DNA of 64,000 nt from Raillietiella orientalis (lineage: Eukaryota): assembly GCA_036172245.1 (NCBI GenBank), contig JAYWIR010000005.1, forward strand, positions 2,542,001 through 2,606,000, written 5' to 3'. The notes beneath the pieces are model-generated. The model was not told where the DNA came from and did no database searches. It saw only the letters and a program-made list of their open reading frames with translations. The translations under genes and the position numbers were made by a program. Below, piece after piece: positions 51,337 to 61,296 of this stretch. How positions within the stretch are numbered: the stretch's first letter is position 1; every line of letters begins with the position of its first letter.

Positions 51337-54307
51337 AAGTATTCTGGGTAGCTCAGTTTCCTCAGAATTTTCATCAACATTCCATGGTCGCCTTCTCCAC
51401 AACGGTGCAGACTAGCACCAGGTTGTCTTCTATGTAGCAACTGCAACCTAACGTTGCTTGGACACACTTCACGTTGTCGGACATGCTGCGCATCCGGGCA
51501 CCGCGCGCGGAGAAATGACGGATGGCATCGTCTTGCTTAAAACAGTTATCCGAGATCTTGGCTAACCATCTGGCGTCCATATTCATGATGGAGATGGGCC
51601 GCCATTGGGAGACCTGAATCAGGTCTCCTGCCTTAGGCAGCAGCCTCATGCGGCTCTCCTGAAACGACTCGGGAAGATTCCGTTCTTCTTGGATGAGAAG
51701 TGTGAGCTCGTGGAACAACCGCAGGTAGGCGTTTAGGTACCGCTGATAATGCGGGATTGGCACGCAAGCAGGGACTGCAGCCACATCCTTGCAGAGTCCA
51801 GCGAATGCCTGCTGCACTTATTCCATGGAGATTCCTTCTTCTAGGCTTTCCTGCTGTTGCCGAGTGATTCGTTTCTGCAGGAATCGAAGAAAATCGTCCT
51901 CGTCGCTCCTTGACAATTCACACCGTTGAAAGTGGGAGGTGTAATGTTGATGGAAGGCCTCCGCGATTTCTTCTGGCGTGTGTCGCAACTGGTCTTTCTG
52001 CTGGATGCAGAAGATATCCGTTGAAAGATTTCTCTTCTCCTCCACGCCTATTTCCCTTTTACGTTGCGGTTGACGTACCGACCCTCGTACTGGTCCCAGT
52101 ATTTGGAGAGCGAGCGGTCTTGGATGTTTTGCTCTCTGTACGCTTCCTTGATTATCTTCCTGTTTATGAATTGCGCATTGCAGAACTCGTGGATGGTGTG
52201 CTTTAACCTATCCCAGTCCTCGACTCTGCAGATTGTTGTGTCGAGCAGGATCGTCTCGAAGAGTTGCTGGTGACAGGGAAGGTTTCAAACCAGGAAGGCA
52301 TACACATGAGTGCAGCCCTTGTGCCTACTTGCTTCCAGGAGTTCTCCGTTCGCAACGTGAACCGCAGCAACGGATGATCCGACAGCAGAATCTGGGTGTC
52401 TCGGAATCCCTGCACGTGGTTCTCGATTTCCTGACTGAAGATTACGTGGTCGATTGGTTTGTGTTTGGCCGTTAGCCAAAGCAGTCCAAACTCGTCGGAG
52501 GGCTTCCGATACGCCACTTTTCCTCCGATATCCCTGAACTTGGTATTGATGCCCGGTATATTCAAATCGCCCACGATGACGACGACGTCCTTTGGTGCGA
52601 CCTTGCTGCGCAGAAGATCCCACACAACGTCCTTACATCGATGCTTTTCCAAGTGGGGTCCGTAAACGTTCACCAGCAAAAGGTGAACCGCGCTGGACGA
52701 GGACATCGGAACTCCACGGAGAAAAGGATTCCAGAACGGTGTGAGCGATTTTGTTCTTAATGAGGATAGCAACGCCCTTGGTCTGCCTCTCTCCCGGACC
52801 CAAGTACAATGTAGCATCCAGTCGCTGTTCGAATTCGCGGCAGATCTGGTCGTCTGTTTCGTCGGTCTCTTGCAGGCAGATGATGTCCTCGCACTCCTTG
52901 TTACGCACGATACTTCTTCTCTTTCCCTGGTCGCGCATCCCATTCGCATCCAGGAGGCAATTTTGACACTTCTGGAGGAAAACAAGAGGGAAAACATGGG
53001 GAATCACTTTTCAGTTCTTAATGTTCTGGTATTTTTCTGCTTTGGAGATGCCGTAGGCTTCTTCCAAGGAGAAGTCTCCTCCCCCGTTCCGCTTCCAGAC
53101 TCCACGAGATCCGTGATGTCTTTAGCTGGGGTTTCTTCTCTAATAACCACTCCGCGGCCTCGATATTTTGTCGGCTTAGAGAGAGCTCTTCTTGTTCCGA
53201 GGCTGCAGTTCTGGCTGTCAGCTCCTCAGATACCTCCTCTACTTGAACTTCGATGCGGTCGATTACTACCGCGGGTAAGGTTTTGCACTGCGGTGAGGAT
53301 AGGAGCAAAGGCTCTTCCTGTATTGTCCTTTCCTCATTCTGTGGGCTGCTAACTCCCCCTAGGGTGATTGCCTTTCCTTGACCCACGATTAATTGTTGCT
53401 TCTCCCTTTCAGTTACGTCCAATTCCTCCAACGCTGCTGAAACAGGAGAAAGTTCCTCGTTAACTTCTTCTCTCTTCCTTTTTTCTTTCTTCTTTCTTGC
53501 TTCCGTGGAGAACGCGGCCGCGCTTGTGCTGACTTCCTTTACTGCTTTTTCTTGTTCTTTCCTCTGAACTGTCGGCAACAGGGAAGTTCCCTGAGCATCG
53601 AGCCACTTCCGATATCTCGGGCATTCCCTCCTGACTTGTCCCGATTTTTTGCAGTGGTGACACTGCGGAGGCTTCGTGCAGGCTTTGATAAAATGGCCAT
53701 GATGACCACATTGGAAACAGTGTGCTCTCGGGCAAGAACCCAGCCGATGGCCAAACTGCTTACATCCGGCGCAGAATGTGGGCTCCATACGGTATCGTAC
53801 CAGCACGTGTTGGGAGTATGCATCTATACAGTCTTCTCCCAGGATCCTCGCATCTTCAAACAGCCTAATTCTGGCCATTCCTTCTCCAGGGAAGACTCCC
53901 GTCATTAAAGAACAAAAGGACATCTTCTGCACTTCTCCGTATTGGGATGAAAAATCCCACACAACCTCTTGCTCCGTAAAGCCACTAATCACCGTTAAGA
54001 ACACGGAGGTGTAACTTGCCTTTCCCATTCCCCGCAGGTGACGTCCGTTTATAACTATACCATGTTCCAGAAGCATTTCCTGGAGTTCATCATTACTGCT
54101 GTAGATTGTGAAACCAATTGCACTTGGAATGATGGCCTTAACATCGTTAAAGTTCAACTTTCTTTTGTGCAACGCGACAGAAATGTCCCTGACATTCTGT
54201 ATTTTAAACATGTCACTTTAAAAGGTCGCAGTTTTTACATCTGCTTTCATTTTCCACATGGGTTATTTGACCCGCTTCACTTCAATTACGGCGGGCATTG
54301 CTCTTCT

Positions 54308-54505
54308 TTGTCACCCGGGTGCGCCGGGGCGTTTATTACAAATTATCCGGGAACAGAGTTTCCGGACAAAGGGGAAAACAAGATACGAAGGGGGTGGGAT
54401 CCCCGACACGCAGGTCGGTATGCTGAAAGTCCGGAACGGGAGGGAAGGGACCACAAATACACTACTATAAAAAATAAAAATAAAAATATGGAGGGCAGGG
54501 GACAG
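54308..54505 (-). mobile_element. 198-bp 3'-UTR-only F2 insertion with perfect 15-bp TSD
   Basis: TSD gggcattgctcttct at 54293-54307 and 54506-54520; nearly identical to 19339-19535. Confidence 0.93.
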
Positions 54506-56550
54506 GGGCATTGCTCTTCTCGCCATCGTCAACGCTGAAACGTCTGAACTCGTCGACTGTGCCATCCTCACCTCTGAGTACGAACGGATAGGAGATGCTG
54601 CTCCGTACGCAACCGCAGTTACTCCCTTCGATGGTCCCGGTGGGCACGTCTCCATGATATTCTCTTGTGCCTCTCGGCAACAGTCTTCTCGAGTCCTCCT
54701 TCTTAGGCATCTGTGAGTTTAAAATGCACAAACAATTTCGGAGCACACGCAGGCTCAGCACTACTTCCTCGTCTCTGCAGGAGAAGAACAATCTCCCGAA
54801 TGCCGCAAAGGCAGCGTTAGTGCTGCCATTTAAGGGTGCAGCGAAAGCTGCGCCCCAGGCGACTGAGGAGGAAACCTCGGAGGCGTTCCTTATGAAAGTC
54901 GCGGAACCCTCCGAGGAAACGGACGGCGTGCAAACGTTTATGGAGAAAGGGAGAAAAGTAAAATCTCCCGACAATTCTCCACAACCTTCTCTCAAGAGCC
55001 TCTTCAAGTCAAGGAACAGTCGTACGATGAAGAAGACTCGCGTCCCTCTGCCGTTGCAAAAGGCACTGCCGTTATCGCGCATAGCGCTAAAGCTGCGATC
55101 GCAGGGAGCGATGCCTCGGTGACCACGAAAAAGGCAGCGACCTCGGTTCCATCCGCGAGCACTTGCAAATCGACGCGGCAGGTGAGTCGTGAAGCGCTCG
55201 CGCGTCAATGAGACTCCGAAACGGAGTCTGGTATCACCGCCGAACGTCGGATCACCCGCGCGGAGGCCGTAGCGCGCCGGGCTAAGGCCCTCAGGCGCGC
55301 AGCGCAGGCCGAGAAGAAGCGACAGCTCACCCCGGAGAGCCAAACGACGTTACCCGCAGACGAGCACTCGATTTCGTGCAGTACCATGGAGGACGGTGGC
55401 GACCGTGATCTCCAGCCAGCAGTGCTGCATACCGTCCGCTCGCCGGTGAGAGCGGGCAAAAAACCGCCGACTTCCCAGCATTAATGCGGGGAATCGCTTC
55501 TTCTCTTCGCCTGTCCGTCGCGTGTTGGAACGTGAACGGACTGCAGAACGACGAGAAGAGGCGATCGGTAGCAAACGCCATGCGCCCCTTTGACCTCGCG
55601 CTCCTGCAGAAGATTCACGTAATCTCCGACGAGCAGGCAGCCGAAATCGAGGAGCGTGCCGGCCGAACGCTACTTTCGCTGTGAGGCGACGCACACATGT
55701 GCGGCGTCGCGTTCCTCGCAAGAGGAAAAATGGCGGAAGCGGTGCGTGGTGTTCGTTTCGACGACGACGACGGACGGGTAGGCCAACTTGTTGTCAAGTG
55801 GTCCGAGTCCATTGATCTCGTCGTGACGAACATCTACGCGCCTAGTGGCTATCGCTACCTCGAAGATAGAATTGCGCTCTTCGAGGAAGTGAAATGCCGC
55901 TGGCTCAACAACTCCAGCTTCCAAGTGGCGCACCTCGTCGCAGGGGACTTCAACGTCCACCTGCTCTCTGACGATTGGAACTGCCCGAGGGAGCGAACGT
56001 CGGCCATCGAGATGTGCGCGTCAGTACGCGCTCCCAATTTGATGGTCGGCGTACCAGAGATGGAAACTTCGCCGGATCACATCTTCCTCGATGATAACCT
56101 GCACCACCGTGTGGGAAGGACAGGAAGATTGCCGTCCGGACTTTCTGACCATCACTGGTTTGAGTTCGAGCTCTTTCCGCCAGGCAAGGGGCCTTCGTTG
56201 AAAAACTGGAGGATGCCGGCGGACTGGCTTAGCCACCCGGAGGCGGCGGATCATCTCCGTCAGAACCTCCGGACCTTCGTCATCCGCAAACTCGCGGACT
56301 GGGATCATTTAAAGAGATCAGTCCGCGAGTTCTGCGAACGGTTTCCCTTGCACCGGCTTCCGCGAGGCTTTGGAGAAGGCGTCGCCAATAGCAGGACTTG
56401 CCTGCAGGCGCGCACCTTTTCCAGACGCGCTGATGTCAGCCGGCTTGCGGAATAGAAGGAACCGAGAACCGAGCGCCAGGTCCGGCAGACTGGAGCATCT
56501 TGCTTGCTCGACGAAAAAAGTCTGGAATTCTCAACACCAGCCGGTATGTA

Positions 56551-57580
56551 TCATCCGGATATGCCGGTGCATTCATTATTAAAATTTTTATAATAAAAAT
56601 TTTCTAATAAAGTTTCGTTTTATTAAATAAGTGCAGTCAGAACACGAGGTTCTGCGTATCTGTACACACTTGCCGCCTCCGGTTCGTAGGCCGCAGAGAT
56701 CCTCTCTGGATGCGATGGGAAAGGGAAAACCACAAAGAAAAACAGAAAAATCATATAAAAAGCAAGATGAGGGAAATGTTTTTGGGGAAGGGAGGGCTGA
56801 GAAGGAATCACTGTTCGTCCCGAGTGGTCCTCTGCATTCTCTTTAGGATGCGGACAAGTGCCTGACGTAATGGTGTCAGCCGTGACCATCGAGAAGCTTT
56901 CAGAATGTTGAGAGCCGCCCACCGGATGGCGTTCCGTCTATGTCCTCTGCTGGACGCAGTCGATTTTTTCAGGACCCCACGCATGCAGCAGAGATCTGCA
57001 ACACACGCGGCTGCTGGCAGGGCGTCCTACATCAGAAGACGACGGAAAATGTCCTTCGAGTCGCCCCGAGAATGTTTAAGATCGCCGACAGTCGATCCCA
57101 CATGAATCGTAGGGCTACACACTCGATGATGAGGTGAGCGAAGGTCTCTTGTTCCCCGCACCCTGCATAATTGGCATCCACGGTACCTGATGTCCAATGG
57201 AAGAGGCGTGCTTTGCAAAGGAGTCAACATTGGAACAATAGCAGCGTCGTCTTCTGCCATTCCAGGGACAGGGTGCAACTATCATAGCACGCTGGGGAAC
57301 ACTTCACCTCCTCCGGAGGCATGCTGAGCAGCTCGCCCAAGCGCAAAAGTCATTTAGACGGGACGCTCGGGATCGCAGTGTCCGCTAGCTCTCGAGTTGT
57401 CCACGCCTTCAGCGGTTTTCTCCTGCCTAGGATGAGGCAGGACACTTCCCACAGCGTTCGCTCGTTGCTGTTTCTAATAATCATGAGGAAGGACAGCACG
57501 GGGGCAAGGGAATAAAGTACACAGAAGCTTCCGCGGGCTGCTGGTGATCTGCTGAAGGGGCTGTCAGGCGTTGGGGCCTC
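56551..57580 (-). mobile_element. 5'-truncated F5 LINE, antisense in the F3 EN-RT linker; no TSD seen, some host sequence deleted
   Basis: 3' end tcatccggatatgccggtgcattcatt resembles 32291-32317; C-terminal remnants (KPLKAWTTRELAD) match ORF 32542..34167. Confidence 0.85.
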
Positions 57581-60069
57581 GACGGTTCCGGTTATTAGCA
57601 AAGAGGAACGCGCACGTCTCGACGACTACTTCACGGCGGAGAAAACTTCGTCCGCCATCGCGTAGCAAAAGAGAAGAAAAGCACCAGGAGAGGATGAGCT
57701 GCCCTCGGACTTTAATCAGTGCTTCGCGGCGAAGCTCGTCCCCCTGGTGCTTATCCTCTAGTCGCTGATGAGGGTTTCCAGGGGTGTGCTTAATTCCTTC
57801 CGCTCAGCCAGGGTGCGTCTCCTGCCGAAAGGTGGAGACGCACGCCATCTGAACAGCTGGCGCCCGCTCACCTTGGTGAACTCGGACGTCAAGTTGTTCT
57901 CCAAGATGTGGGTTGCACGGCTAGGGAGAATCGCGCAGTCCTTGGTAAGCGCGGAGCAAACTTACGCTGTTTTCGGGCGGTCCATGGACGTGGACCTCCT
58001 GTTGACCCGCACCTGGATGCAGCTGCATGAAAGCATAGCGCAGCAAAGCCGATCCGTGTCAAAGGCCCCTGCCAAAGGCACACGGTATCGGCAGAAGCGG
58101 CAGGAGGGAACGCCGGGTGCCTTGGCGGTCGCAGTCGACCTCCACAAGGCGTTCGATTGCGTGAACCAAGGACTCCTATTGGAGCTCTTGGAACGCCTGG
58201 GTCTCCCGGCGCAACTCCTGAAGTATTTGCGCGCATGCTGGCGCCACGCGCTAACCTGCATTTCTTTTAGCGGCTGCCACGTGTACGGTATTCCCATACG
58301 CAGGGGCATCAGGTAGGGTGATACTTTAAGCCCGTTGCTCTTCAGCATCTTCTTTGAGTTGGTGCTGAGGGCGTACAGGCTGACTCTGGAGTACCTGCCT
58401 AGCTCTTTCCCGGAAACGCCTGCCGTGGCTGCCTCTGCAGATGACCCACTTCTTCTACTCCCAAAGTCCACCGCAGCGTCCAGTGTCGAAGATTTCTTTG
58501 ACCTGATTCGTCGGGGAGCAGGCGTGAGGGTGAACAGAAAAAAGAGCGTAGTCGTTCCTGTAGGAGCGTCGTAGGAGGGGCAGTCCGACTGGATCCGCCT
58601 AAGAATCCCCACGGCAGGGTACTTCAAGTACCTAGGCGTTCCGTTGGGCGAACTCGGCGCTGCCGAGGCGTGGTCGGACTGCCTTCATAAGGCTGAGCTG
58701 GCCACCAGCCCGTTCATTAACGGTAAGTTTACCTTGCCGAAACGAGCGGCTAGTTGGACGACCTCCGTGGCCCCCCTCCTCCGACCCCTGGTTTTTGCCT
58801 TGGACGCGCTCAATGAGCGGGCAAGACGTGTGCTAAGGAACGCTCTCTGGGTTCCGGCGCGATCCAGGATCCGTCTGAAAGACCTCACTGCTCCACGTCG
58901 GGATGCTGGGCTTGGCATTCTTACGATGGAGAGAATCGGACTGCAAGTGCAGTTCCGGATGCTCGCACTGTGTGCCGAGCTATGGACTTCTACCCTGTGT
59001 GCGCCTGCGCGCATCCTTCTAAGGAGGTGTACAGGCAGTGAAGGACTTTTTTCGTTGGTGCCTGGCTTGCGCCACAGGAAATAGGGATTTGGCTATCCCT
59101 TGAGGAAAATCGCCACCCTATTGGAAGCCAATACGATGATTTCCTGCCTCCCAATGAACTTCAATGCTTGGCAGCAGGAATCTTTTGATTCTTGGGATGC
59201 ATTCCTAGATATGAGCCGCAAAGATCTTCGGCCCATGCGTCAATTTTAACCTTGACCACTCCAAGATGTGATGCAAGACGTGGTGAAGTTTGCCTTTCTG
59301 ACTGCCACGCCCCTCGCCGAAGCACCCTCTTCCCTCGAGGCTAGAGAAGACAGTAGCCAACCGGCGATGTGAGAGTTCTCTTGCATCATCGCAGGAAGAA
59401 CGAAACTCCTCGGCGAATGGGACACGAGCGAGCTGGCGAATGCCGCCACTCCTCGTGCTACATCAAAGTGACAACTTCGGTGGGGAGGAGCTCTTCGGGT
59501 TGCCCCCGAGGAACTGATAGTCCCTCCCGCTGTTTGGACGGTTCGGTGTTTCCCCTTGCATGGAAGCTAGACGTTCTGCTTTTTTTGCACTGGGGTTTCC
59601 GCTACAACGAGCGGCGCCACGGAGTTTCCGGTGGGATGGCTTCTCCATACTGTGCCCGGTGCGGGGCTACGGAGTCGTTCCCGCACCTTGTTATGGACTG
59701 CGGCACCCTCCAGGAACTCTGGCGAAGGTTAGCAGCAGCTCTCCTGCCACTGGGGGACGCAGCCCGAGAAGTGCTGCGACGTTTCTTCTAACCGCGAGGA
59801 CTTTCGAGGGCTGCGATGATTTCCACAGTTTGTTGCATCCACGCCATGGTCACGGTCCGAGACGTGCTGGAGAACACGGACCAGCAATGTTGTGTCACCA
59901 GAAGGCAGCCGACTTAATCAGGGTGGCAGCTGCGTGGCGACAATTGAGGGAAGACGCAACGGAGGAGCACACCGGCATCCATTGCCGGATTACCCTCGGT
60001 TTAGAACGATGGACCCGGTGATCCATGTCCATTCCCTTTTAACTCCATTTTTGTTGTCGCGCCCCTCTT

Positions 60070-61011
60070 TTTTTTTTTTGGTTCACTAAGTGCGCCTCAA
60101 GAGCCGGTCGCGTACCTTGCGGCACACATAGCTCTTTTAAACACTGTTTTGTTTCCACGCCTCTCCGCTGCAACAACCCCGCAGGTGCGCGTGTAATTCT
60201 TCAGTGTAATTCTTCAGGATAATGGACACCCCGGGATGGGGTCCTCCCTATGAATCCAGGAAAGGCTCGGAGTCCGTTCCTCTCACGCTTGGGGTGGGGA
60301 GGGATCCTCCCGGAAGGGGGGGATCGCAGCTCCTACCCTGGTTGTCTCCGAAGGGGAACCGCGAAGGGAATCTCCTTCCTCGTTCTCTCCGGAGGGACAC
60401 CCCCCGTTATGGGGGATGGTCCTATCCATTTCAACTTCTCCGGAGGGAACCCGGAGAAGGAATTTCTTCTCCGGAGGGAACCCGCAAGGGAATCGCTCCT
60501 GTTCACTCCTCTGAAGAGAACCCCGAAGGGACGCTTCCGAAATTCAGAAGGAGCGCTGCAGCTTCCCACAGGGGGATCGCTCTCGCTTGCTTCCTTGTGC
60601 ACTCTGTGAAGAGGCGACGACTCGGAGGGTCCCCCTGCAACCGGGGCGGATCCGCCCCTGGAGACAACTGGAGAGGTGCCCGTGAGGGCTCCTGCTCCAT
60701 CTTGAAACCGGAGGGACCCCTTCGGTGGGAGGGGTCCGCTCTCCGTTGTACGACCGGAGGGGGAACTCTCTGCTCCTTTATTCCTGGGAAGACCCGAAGG
60801 TCAATTTCCCATTGTTCTGTCCTTCATCAAGGGTCTCCGGCTTAATCCACCGCCGGTGCCACGCCCGAATGATTAGGCCAACCAGCGCCACTGCAGGAGA
60901 AACTCGGCACCCGACGACGCAGTGGCTTCAGTGTTTCTGCCGAAATATTCGAACCCGCGACGCATGGTGGCACACGCGCAAGCCTTAACCACAAGGCCTC
61001 CGACGCGGGCA
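60070..61011 (-). mobile_element. tRNA-derived SINE-like retroposon (~940 bp) with poly(A) tail and 11-bp TSD
   Basis: TSD gcgcccctctt at 60059-60069 and 61012-61022; T run 60068-60079; minus-strand head with A-box-like aggccttgtggttaagg and B-box ggttcgaat. Absent from the 3' UTR of F3 copy 1 (~46040). Confidence 0.85.
60940..61011 (-). promoter_or_regulatory. tRNA-like head with internal Pol III promoter (A and B boxes)
   Basis: D-arm-like gcctt-gtggtt-aaggc (60982-60997) and T-loop GGTTCGAAT (60947-60955) at tRNA-like spacing; acceptor and T stems degenerate. Confidence 0.7.
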
Positions 61012-61296
61012 GCGCCCCTCTTCCCATTCGCTCCGTAGTGCTTTTGGTGCTTCTGCTCTCTGTCTTTTCCGGGGACTGCGGAGCGTCACCAAAGATCCCT
61101 GACCCTTTCCTCCCATTAAGACTGTTCTTTTTTATTTGTAGCCCCCTCTTCCCCCAATCGCTCGAGACCTTCCGTTTTCCTGGCCTGAGTGCCACTGGTG
61201 TATCTTCGTTGATAGTTTTCTATAGTCGTCGGCTGGAAACAACTGTTTCCAGCTGGTTTATGTGAATAAAAGTCCCGGCGTGACCGGGTAAGAAAA

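Larger units (their letters stand above)
47664..54755 (-). mobile_element. F6 LINE, near full length, antisense in F3 ORF1
   Basis: ORF1 53018..54211 with three CCHC-type knuckles; EN 52200-53000; RT 47429..49546 with QGDALSP, YADD and YLGV; AATAAA plus hairpin at 47664-47701. 5' boundary approximate. Confidence 0.9.
46331..61296 (+). mobile_element. Full-length F3 LINE copy 2, head-to-tail with copy 1, expanded by nested insertions
   Basis: Third TSD copy attttaacgatcgctt at 61297-61312. ORF1 46395-47663 and 54755-55484; ORF2 55484-56550 and 57580-60020; 3' UTR split by the SINE; AATAAA at 61265. Confidence 0.9.

Noticed and set aside
60191..60217. 13-bp tandem duplication gtgtaattcttca as the boundary of a separate insertion
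   Set aside because: The copies are directly adjacent with nothing between them; simple slippage is sufficient.
60506..60553. Hammerhead-like core CTGAAGA...GAAA in the SINE
   Set aside because: No UH at the expected cleavage site, stem II is imperfect, and ctcct-ctgaa pairs simply with ttcag-a-aggag as an ordinary hairpin.
60222..60845. 207-aa ORF in the SINE body
   Set aside because: Gly/Pro/Arg-rich translation of GC-rich hairpins, antisense to the tRNA head, with no recognisable motif.
60940..61011. Functional tRNA gene
   Set aside because: Acceptor and T stems do not close, and it is the head of a TSD-flanked polyadenylated insert.
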